DNA of 63,999 nt, filler included, from Asterionella formosa (taxonomy: Eukaryota), in the NCBI GenBank assembly GCA_002256025.1. It is 10 parts of 10 records of this genome, joined end to end, with 100 filler letters (N's around TTAATTAATTAA, not from the genome) between each part and the next. Parts side by side here need not be neighbours in the genome. Positions count along the whole stretch, not along the records: positions 25,758 to 32,092 come from NKIB01012743.1; positions 32,193 to 38,527 come from NKIB01012744.1; positions 38,628 to 44,953 come from NKIB01012746.1; 7 more parts are not named here. One strand, given 5' to 3'. A program made the position numbers and the translations under genes. Shown here piece by piece: positions 26,922-40,188 of this stretch; positions within the stretch are counted from its first letter, which is position 1, and each line of letters starts with the position of its first letter. The notes under the pieces are model-generated. The model did not search any database. It saw only the letters and a program-made list of their open reading frames with translations, and was not told the DNA's origin.

Positions 26922-28622
26922 GAGCATCTCCACCGCATCGACCAAATACCAAAGCCAATTGCAGTTGAAAATATCAATACACGTCGATTGGTCGAGAAAT
27001 TTTTTATCGACCAAATCCTAGAATAGTCAAATCTCGCGCCGAAACTTTTAGCGGATAGAAATAGCACTAGAATGTTGTCACTTGTGTATCGTTATATTGG
27101 TTAACCCGATTAGCGGTACCTGGTAGTACCAATAAGAAAATGATGGGACTGTGTGGTGTGTGGTGTGTGGTGTGTGGTGTGTGGTGTGTGGTGTATGGTA
27201 CCAGGTACCAGGTACTCATAAATATCTGCCTGATGAAATGAGCAACGATAGCGACTCATCAGATGATGACCGCTCCTACACTTCCCTACATAACGGTTAT
27301 AGATATACAGGAAGAAAACGAGAAAAGGCAACCGAAGGAGGAGGCGGAGGATCAAAGGAAGTCGCTTGGCTAGTCTGTACCTTTTTTTTTGAATATTAGC
27401 ATCACATTTCCTGTAAATTCCTTATTCTTACGCAGCTAGTACTACGCCTATCTAAATTGCCCCTCAAAAACTAATATGACTATGCATTTATATATTGGTA
27501 TTCTAGAACAGAAGAACCCTTCCGTTTTTCCAATTAGCTAGACTGATAGCTTTCTAATCAATCATACTTGCATTGACATGTAACCTATATTATTTTTTCT
27601 TCATTTGGAATCATCTACAAAATCAAAATCCTTAGTGGTGGATGACAGGTGGGACAGCAGTGGAATACTGGAAGCACTTAAATTATTGAGATGCAATTGG
27701 ATCACACCTAATCCCTCCTTAACTTTGTTCCATTAAATGACATTACCTTTATTGGTGTGAAGCCCTTAGTTAAATGGCGCAACTCTCTTGGATACTTTTT
27801 TAAAATTCTTCGGCGGATTAATCGACCATTGACACTGTAAACTGTTACACAATATACCCATGGCATAACTTCACATAATGCTGAGCAAGCTTGAGCGCAA
27901 TGTTGATCTGCAGGCAAGGGAAGGAGATATCAATACTAACCAGGGACATGCAGCAGTCTGCCAATGATGACACATCACAGTACATGAGGAATAATACTGC
28001 CTTGACGAAACTTGCGCATCGCTATTGATTGTTGCTCTTGACAGCGCCAAAATAATCCAACTTTGGTCTTGTCTGAAACCGACGATGAATCATCCTCCTT
28101 GGCTGCTGCTCCTGCTGCTGCTGCTGCTCCTACTCATGTAGCATCCTCCTGCTTGGACGCCAATGGATGACGATATCATATTGGGACCATCAAAGACTCA
28201 AAGACTTAAAGGACAACATTCAGCAAGATATCATATTTTATGCATGAGATTGTTTTATAGATAGCTGCCGGTATTATTCAAGGTATTTGTACTTAAGTAT
28301 ATTATTTGTCTACATCAAGACAAGAGTAAGGTAAAAGCCTTTGTGGATCAATTAAACAGTCGACGTTATGTTGCCAGCGCAAGCCATAATCTAGACCAAT
28401 AGAAACGCTTCCTTTGTGTGGCTATGGTCGGAGTCTTATCGACCAAATACCTGATATTTGGTCGATAAGGGGGTCATTTATAATCAAGACCAAAGCATAT
28501 TTGGTCTTGGTCGATGCGGTGGCTAAAATATTTTTGCTTTTCGACCAAGACAACACATCATGACGCATAATGACTCCCAGCTGCAATTGGCTTGGTATTT
28601 GGTCGATGTGGTGGAGATGCTC
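26922..28622. mobile_element. PIF/Harbinger non-autonomous element with TTA target-site duplication
   Basis: TTA|GAGCATCTCCACCGCATCGACCAAATACC ... GGTATTTGGTCGATGTGGTGGAGATGCTC|TTA. TIRs of ~45 bp and subterminal GACCAA motifs at both ends. Confidence 0.9.
27150..27198 (+). repeat. Heptamer microsatellite (TGTGTGG)6-7
   Basis: Six perfect units plus TGTATGG, continuing in register into TACCAGG TACCAGG. Confidence 0.9.
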
Positions 28623-28886
28623 TTACTCCTTTCTTAATTTGGAAAAATCGGCCATTAAGACACCCTCAAGCACAATATTACATGAGAAAACCACTGGCAA
28701 TGTTAAATCAACCAGCTGATTGACAATGGTGGTGCTCTTGGTTTCATTGGTGAACTAATAAGAGGTATAATGATAACAAACAATAGGAATTAATGATTAG
28801 ATACTATCATATTTTATGAGGAACTTTGATGATCTGATGGATCTGTAGGCCATTGCTAGCTAGGTGATTTGCATGCAATGGCATTT

Positions 28887-31000
28887 CTAAAAATTGATCT
28901 CCAAACAATCCATCTGTGAATCGCAATTTACCACACCTCCATCACTACATCTGTCCAATGAGCTTCCCATTTGTTCTTGCTCCCCCTTGTCTCTGCTACT
29001 TAGTTGAGTTGTAGCCTTGCTCGATAGGTTTGCAACGTCTTCATTTCCTGTGAGAAAATCCAGAGAGTTTTGCTTTGTTTGGTAGATATAACATGTGAGC
29101 CCACTGCATGGATGGTTCTGAATGCCATTGTCTTTGCCAAGCCTTTGTTTAAGATATAACAATTTCGTTGATCCTTGCATTACGAAGATTTTTGTAAGCG
29201 CCTCTTTCCAGTCATGTTTCTGCATCTCCATAGGCTCCGGCTGGTTTGGCCATTTCCATCGAGATGTGTGGTATCCAACTCTGATGCAATTCATTATTTC
29301 CTGCCAAATGCCTGTGCCATCAGCTGTTGCTATATCATCTGATATTGTGGATACTCTAAGGTACATTCTGCAGACATGGATATGAAATTTTTTGTATGTG
29401 CTCACTCCATTTTTAATGATCACTCCTGACATGATCATATTGTGATGTTTGCAAGACCAATGTGGCAACCAAGTGTTGCTGATTTCTACTAGCTATCCGT
29501 AGTTTGTGTATGCCTAGGAACTCCTTTAGGTTTGTTACCCAAGACTTTGTAAGATATTTTATTTTGATGCCCGGATAAAGAAGCAGGTTTTCTTCATGCC
29601 ACAATTCCAATTGCGCGGTGCGGAATGAGATATCTATGAGTTTTGCTACTTCATCATCTGCATATTTGTGGTACAGAAAACCTTCAACTTCCTGGAATCC
29701 CTGTTATATGGTGAGATCTACCATGCTCAGAGACCCTCAGTCTATTGGTCCATATACCGATGCCTTCTTAGGAAAATGATTGTATCCCATCCTTGCTAGT
29801 AGTACTGCCCTCCTCGCCCCTTTTTGAATATTTTCAAGTTGCTCCTGAGTCATAAATGTAATTGGGAGTGAGTATGTCATCTGAGCTGACCAAATTGTCC
29901 TATGTGCCTGTAGTGCATCAGACCTTCTAATTCTATTGGAGAGTGGTTTCCCTGCATGGTCATTGATTTTCCTCTGCAGTCACTTGGCTTTTTCTTTCCA
30001 TTGTCCTGTTGAGCTTGAGAATACTCCCAGTGATTTGCTACCATGGTGTGGTGCTTAAAAGTTTAATGATTTTCTTGGTTTGTTCTCTCCCCATCCTTAG
30101 TTCTGCTAGTGCCTCCTCAAACTTTCCAGGGGATGTTTCATATATTCCATTGTCCTCTTATGGTATGTCTTGTTGAGCCAATGTTGACATTTTTGGGTAA
30201 ACTAAAGAGCTCCAATCATACCAATGAATCATTTGATAGTAGCATTTGGAAAGCTCTAATGCCCCTCCTGATGAGAACAGAAGAGTCTCCCACCGCTGCG
30301 CACATTCTGTCAGTGTTTTCATCATGTACATTACATCCATGGTGTCTTTGACACTTTTGAAGATGTCATTTCTTTGGTGGGATCAGTGAACTGTGTTCTA
30401 TGTGTTGTGTTTTCTGCATATATTGGTGAGAGGAGAACTGTGCATATCAAGAGCCAGACTGCCAACAATGCACCACTGCCTTGTCCCGTCGTTCCTGCTA
30501 GTGGTTCATTGCCACTGCGGGTGTAGTGTCCTTCCGATATTCCATATACTGTCGTGATTGTGTATTTCATATATCTCAGCATGTCAGAATGAGCCTGGAC
30601 AGCCTCCTTGCTTTGGGACCCCAAGTTGCTGCACACACACCATTGCTATGCTGAAAATCATTCTGTTGTAGCAACTGGCAACATCATTTCGTATACCGCC
30701 AAATTCGATTGTTGCTGTCTTGAATATCAAACATGAGGATCCTTTAATACAAAACATCCATGGTCCCCCTATGTCATTTCTCCGGGATTCTTGCATTTCA
30801 TCTCCCAACAAGTGTTGCTCCTCCACTCTGCAAATACAAGTCTAAACTACAAGTCAAATCAATTAAAGTTTCTGACTCACTTTGGTCCTTGGTTCTATAA
30901 TGAACAAGCCAACATATGTTTTCTGGCTATCCTGACTGGTACATGTATCTTGTTGCAGGGTCCTTTGCACCTGAACTGCTAAGTCTTTTTCTGCCCTTAC
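28887..31000 (-). mobile_element. Decayed non-LTR retrotransposon reverse transcriptase region (possibly Ambal-like)
   Basis: Frame-broken motifs NDVASCYNRM, TVYGISE, GQGSGA..AVW, WETLLFSSGGALELSKCYY and CRMYLRVSTISDDIATADG..WKWPNQPEP. The clade assignment is from memory of diatom LINEs. Confidence 0.75.
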
Positions 31001-31308
31001 ATTAATTTTGAAATGTAGGTTTGAGTTGTATAGTTGTCAATTCAGTGTTGGGATGCACTATATCATTTTGATCTTCACAATTACTTGTGTGGAACTTATA
31101 ATTGGAACAGGATGAAAGTTGAACACATGTTAAAAATATCAAAATTTTCATAACAAACAATATGGTTTGGAGGACAGAGGCGGGTTTTTGGTTGACATTG
31201 AATTAGTGTTCCTTTCATACTGCTGTTGATCTTCAATCATTGCCATTGTTTCTATGCAATAGCTTTAATGTTTCATTTCATGAACAAGGATGAATGCCTT
31301 TTACACTG

Positions 31309-32092
31309 CTAACAAACATGGGTTTCATCATGGAGGGAATGTCCTTTGTACCAAGTCCTATTATTAAGAAAAAGCTGGTGTTGTGAGTAGCATGTGTTGT
31401 TAGTAAGTTGCCTTGCAAATCGTCCAAAACCTCCATACCCAAAGGTAATACATCGTGCCTCCATTCCAAGGTATAAGTTGGCAAAAACTGGAAAAAAATC
31501 TGTAGCATTGCCCATGTGTCCATCAATGTGATAATTTCTTCTATGTATGTCATGTCGAGTTTCTATGGTGACCTGAGAAAGCATTTTGTTGACATGTTGA
31601 TCAATTTGAAATTTGCTAGATAACCTTTTTTGGCTGCCAGCACCACTATGTTTACCAAGGTATGCTGCCAAATAATTGGCATCGGACATTAAATACAAGG
31701 GTTCTGCACTCCCTTGGGTCAATTTTCTTGCACATTGAACTGCATGAAGCCCAATGTCAACAGCGAACTTCTTTCCGTCTCCCTTGAAAACAATGCCACT
31801 ATCACCTTTGTCAAACCCATATTTCTTGAACTTCTCTGGATCATCAAGGGATTTCAGTTTCAGACCATTTTCCTTGGCTTCTTCAGTCAAAGTTGGATAA
31901 TGCAATCGTATATGTATTGCGGTGTACCCACCTTTGGTCAAATTCATGGCATTTCTGCTTGATTCAAGGTATCTTTCAAGACCTGGAGAAGGCTTAAACA
32001 GAGCATGCCATATCCAACCAAACGTGGGCGTTGTATGTATCATATCAGTCTCCTGTAGTTTCCTTAAAGCATTTTCAAAGGAGTACTCACTG
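31309..32092 (-). CDS. Fucosyltransferase-like protein, C-terminal half (5' end cut by scaffold edge)
   Basis: Frame is open from the scaffold edge. Motifs LFKPS, YTAIHIR, AVQCA, LYLMSD, HID and NLYLGMEARCITFGYGGFG resemble inverting fucosyltransferase motifs I-III. Confidence 0.6.
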
Positions 32093-32192
32093 NNNNNNNN
32101 NNNNNNNNNNNNNNNNNNNNNNNNNNNNNNNNNNNNTTAATTAATTAANNNNNNNNNNNNNNNNNNNNNNNNNNNNNNNNNNNNNNNNNNNN

Positions 32193-33965
<1,773 letters not shown>

Positions 33966-34843
33966 ACAAGAAAGTAGTTCAATTATGCAAGCAGCCAATC
34001 TCAAGCTGGGAAGTGGCGCATATTTTTTCAAGTACTGTGTCATGATATGATCAAACAATTGGATAAGTGTTGATATTATGGGTAAAACAATGCGTTGATG
34101 TTTTTCTAGCTGTTTGTAGCAGAGCATGGTCGTATTCCTTTAATTTGCAATTTCTTTTTGAAAGCAGGCAATTTTGACACAAGAATGGGATGTGCGCATG
34201 TGCTGCTTGTACTTACCACCTATTAGCCATCATAGACTGTTCCCATTGCACTGGTAACATGGTGCTGGTACCAGGTACCCTAACATTGCAACCATAACTT
34301 GGTTGCACAGTATACCCTGCCGTCATGTATAGCTACTAAATGCAACTATTTTGGCCCAGAGGGAGTACCTGATACCGGTGTTAGTATTTGTAATGCATAC
34401 ATCACTAAGCAGCTATAGGCCAAATCTAGAACATACTGCTACAAACAGATGAACAAATATATCACTAAATACTTGATAAAGACCAAATCTAGTAACCAGG
34501 TACGTTATATATGAGTGAGTCCACCCTAACGAATGGAGTAGATGAGGTTATACAGTTGTTCGTATAAAACGTCGTTTTCCTGACAAGCAAGCAAAGAATT
34601 GTCATGGGTAATTAAGGGACGAATACTATGCTAGACGAGATTACCAATACTGGTACATAGTCTAATATGTATCTAATTAACAGCTTACAGCAACTGGATA
34701 TGTCAGGCGCCTAGACTATATCGAAGCATATCAATACTAGGCATATACCGGTATATGGGATAAGACTATTAGATGCCTCGATAACAGGAATCGATCCTCC
34801 CTATACCATATTGTCAAGTTGAATGATGGTGATGAACCTGAGT

Positions 34844-35074
34844 NNNNNNNNNNNNNNNNNNNNNNNNNNNNNNNNNNNNNNNNNNNNNNNNNNNNNNNNN
34901 NNNNNNNNNNNNNNNNNNNNNNNNNNNNNNNNNNNNNNNNNNNNNNNNNNNNNNNNNNNNNNNNNNNNNNNNNNNNNNNNNNNNNNNNNNNNNNNNNNNN
35001 NNNNNNNNNNNNNNNNNNNNNNNNNNNNNNNNNNNNNNNNNNNNNNNNNNNNNNNNNNNNNNNNNNNNNNNNNN
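34844..35074. other. Internal assembly gap (231 N)
   Basis: N run without the TTAATTAATTAA linker core. Confidence 0.95.
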
Positions 35075-36160
35075 TACGCAATTATCTCTTTGTATCTAAT
35101 TTTGCTCTCACATAATATAGAAAGGCGGCGAACAAATGCTGCTTGCCTCGTCAGCTGCTTGCAAATATATGCTCGCTTGTTTAAACTCTAATCTTGGAAA
35201 ATTAGCTGCACCATGAGTTAATGTTAGTAATTAACTCTATTTTAATAGTCCTATGAATGAACTACTATTCCATGTTTCATATTAGTAGGTCAAATCCGGC
35301 TGGAATTGGATTATTCACGTCATACTACTCGTAGACCAATTGGCTCTTGATAACCTCTAAACCAGTTTGGTTATAAATGTATGTTAACAATTTTTAAAGT
35401 GTATTTAAGCAAATCTATTAGTTACAGATTCATTGTTATTGCTCTCCATGACCCAGGCAAGGTAGTCACAAACGATGAAGGAAAATTAAAGTTGATCACT
35501 CTCGTTTTGAACAATATTGTGCAGGCAAGCAACAGTTGTGGTGGCTCCAACCTATGACTTGTTCAGGGAAGGCTCTGTTTGAGCAGGCCCATTTGATTTC
35601 CAATATTAGATTTCAATGTTGAATTGATGTAGAGGTGTCCTGGATGTAGTCGTCGACTGGGAGAGGCGTCCATCCGGCTGCTGATGAGCGCTATCTTATT
35701 TATTCTGAGCGACATACGTGCATACCAGTTTCGGTAAATACACTATTTAACTTAAAACCGGTATTTAATACGACCGTTATCCGGTCCCACAACAACCTCG
35801 ACACCCATGAGAAGTTCTTCGAGCTTCTACTTTTTGTGTGTGGTAGTATTACATGTGTATTAAGGTTATACACAACCGCGATATACATAAATATATATCG
35901 ATGGCGACGGAATTATTCTCATTCTCTTTTATGTACAGTTTATATAGTGATTATACATAAATATGAAGGTGAGGAGTACAAAATAAATACCGGTAGGATG
36001 ATACATATACCGTATATTATTCACATGCCGGTACACCATCTCATAAAATGGAAAATGACAGGAAACAAATAGCCCAAGCAATTTCATTTTGCTCTTTCGA
36101 AACAGCGGCTGCCACTACCGGCATATACATAGCAGGAATATATTCATCAATTCTTCGACC

Positions 36161-37192
36161 ATGATTGTCAAGACGAGCCGGCAGACCACCTTTCATCTCC
36201 TTCTCTCAATGGAGGGATCGACTATTCCTATCATTTTACCTAAAATATTATTTGCTACCACGTTGGGGGTGTTCGCGAAATTGGTGTGCGATGGCACGTT
36301 TGGCGATGACGTCCAAGCTGAACTGAAATTTTCGTTTTCGCCCTTTACAGCCTTGGGAGTGGCGATTTCACTCTTCCTTGGATTCCATAATAATGCCAGC
36401 TATGGTCGATGGTGGGAAGCCCGACAGATTTGGGGAACGCAAGTCCTTGCAGTTCGGAACTTGATTCGATTTTTCTTGGGGGTCATGGATATCAATGACG
36501 ACGAAAAGTACATACCTGAAGAGGAATCAAAAGACGAAGCATGTGAGGGCGATATAGAAGATGCAGTACAATGTGAGGATGAATCTATGGCAAGAAATTG
36601 GCGTGAAAAAATAATTGTGCTGGCGATGGCACAAACGCACGCCATCCGCAGTCAGCTGCGACCGTCGTGCAAATCAGATACCCCACTAACAGCATTACAG
36701 GATAGAAATAGATTTCTTGATGCTTCCGATCGTATCATTGTGGATAATGCACCTAATCCTGGTAACGCTATACTGTTACATGCCAGCAGGATACTAGGAC
36801 GATCTCCATTGACCGAATACAACATGATCCAAGGAATCTTTCTAATTGATCAACTTGCTGAGATTCAAGCAAAATGTGAGCGAATCCACAATACATCGTT
36901 GCCATTTGCATATTCGTTATTGGTGCATCGAACTGCCTTTTTTTACGTTGTTTTGGCACCCTTTGCTATGGTTGACACAATGGGGTGGTGGACTCCACTT
37001 TTTACTGCCATTTTGGCATACACCTTTTTCGGCTTTGACGAGTTGGCCCGTCAGATTCAAGAACCATTTCAAGATGAGCCTCATTGTTTGGCACTATCAG
37101 CTATGTGTCGTTCCGTAGAAATCGATGTGTGCGAGGCTTTAAAGCGGAAAATCCCGTACCCTTTGGAACCCATAAATTCTGTTCTAATGTAA
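36161..37192 (+). CDS. Bestrophin-family anion channel, bacterial YneE/KpBest type
   Basis: Likely ATG at 36161 (MIVKTSRQ). Motifs PFTALGVAISLFLGFHNNASYGRWWEARQIWG, KCERIHNTSLPFAYSLLVHR and FGFDELARQIQEPF. Intronless. Confidence 0.92.
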   Translation: MIVKTSRQTTFHLLLSMEGSTIPIILPKILFATTLGVFAKLVCDGTFGDDVQAELKFSFSPFTALGVAISLFLGFHNNASYGRWWEARQIWGTQVLAVRNLIRFFLGVMDINDDEKYIPEEESKDEACEGDIEDAVQCEDESMARNWREKIIVLAMAQTHAIRSQLRPSCKSDTPLTALQDRNRFLDASDRIIVDNAPNPGNAILLHASRILGRSPLTEYNMIQGIFLIDQLAEIQAKCERIHNTSLPFAYSLLVHRTAFFYVVLAPFAMVDTMGWWTPLFTAILAYTFFGFDELARQIQEPFQDEPHCLALSAMCRSVEIDVCEALKRKIPYPLEPINSVLM

Positions 37193-38627
37193 TGAGTTAA
37201 AAAAGCAAAATCACTACCATGGTCTAAATCAAGGCTTGAGTCTATGTCTCATTATCTATAAAAGTTGACAAGATGGTGTTTCTTCTGAACTTTTCATGTT
37301 TGCGATGAGCTGAGCAAAGAGATGATAACCAGGGATACAATGCGAAGGATTTATTGTCATGTATCTAGCCTACATATAGGTACCTATGTCGAGTTTTGTT
37401 CGATATGCTCTGGCGACCGGCAACAAATTTTTTAGTCAAAGTAATCAAATAAGTGATCTCCAGTTGTGCTGGGAGGAAGAGTAACAGTACCGGTAGCAGG
37501 AAACACTTCCGGATATCATCTTGCTCATCTTGCTTAGCCTTTAGCTCCTTGTCGTTCAGAGTGTTGTACTGTACCAGTACCCGAAAACCGGTACATAGGA
37601 AAGATAAAAAACATGGAAGGATTATAACTGTATACATGGATGAATAAGAGTGCTTGTTAAGTCATCTTTGTTCTTGTTTAAGGGTGTATGTATAATATTT
37701 ATCAACGTTTATTAAAATGTGATGAAAGGTAAAAAAAGAAGGCGGGCAGAGTAGGGTCAATTACCGGTACCACAACATCAGAAGAAAACCATCAAGGCTG
37801 AGGAGCATACGTATGCAGTGGGACATCCTTCTTACCGTTAGTATTATAGACGAGGGAAACAGGGGATGTGCACAAAGCGCGCATTCAAGCCGCAGAAAAA
37901 CAGGAGAGATCGGAATGCAGGCAGACTGAGGAAAAATTTAGCAAGCACGGGAGCTAATTAAAAACCTAGCAAAATTGAAGATGAAGTTCGAAAGCAAGCA
38001 AGTGACATGTACACCAAGCAAGGAGAAGGTCACGGAAGAGTCGATCTGCCAGAGACCAACCATGCAAGGGGTCGTTTCAAGACAGCAAGGTCACAATTCT
38101 GCGAATTTTTTTTTGAACAAAAAGCAAATTGTTGATCACCAAGCCATGCAAATTTATAAAGTCTTAAGATAAAATTCACCCACCCTTGGCTAATGTGCAA
38201 AACTCTACTGCAGCTATGGGAAACCTGGAGGAAAGGAATTACCCAATCTAGCTACTTAAAACCGAATTCAAAAAACCAACAACGAGTTTGCTTAGAGATC
38301 AGTTGGTGCAACAATTCAACCTCTACAAAGAATCGAAATAGAAACAAAGGAACATTTGCAGAAAATGCAGTCGAATTAGTTGGTAATTGAGTCGAAGTAA
38401 CTTCGGCCAGTAAGTTACCAGGATATAGCAATGTACGTACGTACACCGGCACGAATGTGTTCATACATTTACTAGCACTGGTCGTTTGTCGTGATTGCTG
38501 ATTATGTACCGGTAGACCCATCAGCTGNNNNNNNNNNNNNNNNNNNNNNNNNNNNNNNNNNNNNNNNNNNNTTAATTAATTAANNNNNNNNNNNNNNNNN
38601 NNNNNNNNNNNNNNNNNNNNNNNNNNN

Positions 38628-38927
38628 GCAAATATTCGCTGTGGTTATGGCACTTACCAAGATGTGCTGGGCGGCATCTACAAGGGACAGTACAGTGGGG
38701 ATGTACGCAATGGTCCTGGCTATTACTACTGGCCTGATGGTGAAATTGATGCCATCATGTGCAGTAATGATGCTCGATGTGGAAATAGCGTTGGCTGGAG
38801 CCAAGACAGAAAGCAAGCTTGGCTTATGATTGACGGGGAATTTCAAGAATATGTCACTGTTGATGAAGGAAAAAGGATCACTGAGGATTTAGGTTTAGAG
38901 GTACCAAAGAAACTACCCAAACCCTGA
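38628..38927 (+). CDS. MORN-repeat protein, C-terminal fragment
   Basis: RCGYGTY..GGIYKGQYSGDVRNGPGYYYWPDG MORN pattern, then GWSQDRKQAWLMIDG. The 5' part is missing. Confidence 0.75.
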   Translation, partial: ANIRCGYGTYQDVLGGIYKGQYSGDVRNGPGYYYWPDGEIDAIMCSNDARCGNSVGWSQDRKQAWLMIDGEFQEYVTVDEGKRITEDLGLEVPKKLPKP

Positions 38928-39320
38928 TAGGCCGAAAATGATACTTATTGCGGCAATTGTTGGCTGTTGGATGAAGTGACTGCTTTCAACCTATTTTTGT
39001 CATTTTCCAATAGCTGCATTCAATTACAGACAACTCTTAGATATAATTCTGTAAAATTGGAGTACTCATGTCATGGTGTTAACTCACTTTGAGGTCAACA
39101 TCATTGTGGAAATGCGGAGCAAAAAATCCCAGCCAGTTAGCAGCAGAGTAATTGTTGCTTGAATCAGGCTCATCATGGCAACAATCCGTTGTTTATATTT
39201 GTAGCTTCATCATGATGAAACTACTGTTTCTACATCAAAACATACCAGATCTGAAAGTCTGAAAATATAATTAATGTTACTTCACCATTTTCAACTTCTT
39301 TATCTGTAAATCAATCCTGG

Positions 39321-39420
39321 TGGTCACATTTCATACTTAAGCTTGCTATATATATATAAATGTTAGCTTAAGTTTTATATAAATATATATATATATTAGC
39401 TTAAGTTTGAAATGTGACCA
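39321..39420. repeat. AT-rich hairpin / foldback
   Basis: TGGTCACATTTCATACTTAAGCT pairs with AGCTTAAGTTTGAAATGTGACCA (one mismatch) around a TA-rich loop. Weaker pairing extends to about 39250 and 39570. Confidence 0.7.
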
Positions 39421-40188
39421 TGATTGGCAGGGAAATGAAGGAAACCGATTTTCAATCAACCCCTCATTTCCCTTCTCTTGATTGCAGTGACAAGAAAATA
39501 TCAATTTAGCTGTAAGCAATTAGAAAATTTGTAACACCAAACATAATGATAGTTTTCAGACATCAGAAACTATTTGTCAGACACATACAGTAAGCCTCAG
39601 GCACATACTATAATGGCACTAGAACAGATTTTAGACGATCGTTTGTGGTTGCAGCCCTCGCTTAACCCTATTTTGGAGTTAACATCACTAGGGTTGCTTG
39701 TAAAAATGGCATGGAACAAGGACTCTGCTTCTATGTTTTCCCATGACTCGAGTGTCCATTTGAATATTTGAATTGAATAGAAATCGGGACCAGATTGATA
39801 GTTCCATTTTAAACAAAAAAAATGATATTTAAATGTTTATATTTGATCTTTGTTGCTTCATGTAGATACAATTTTACTCCATGCCAAAACACATCCAGAA
39901 GGAGTAAGCCAATATGTTCTATGCGCATGGTTCTTGTTCAAACAAAAGAAATGATGATGTCTTTTATAGCTTTATTTTGAATCTACTTTGCTGTATGCAG
40001 TTTCAATACTAGCTACTCCACGCCCAAAGGCAAATATAAAAATCACTGCCAGAGTACTTGTATAGTACCTATTACATAATCTTGATTCGTGATGATGGAT
40101 GATAGATAATGGAAGACAGGATGAAACTAGTACCATACTGATTTTACATACCGGTGTGCAATACATTTAATAAATCTGGTTCAAGTGT

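Noticed and set aside
27150..27198. Telomeric repeat
   Set aside because: Internal to a transposon, short, and not TTAGGG-like.
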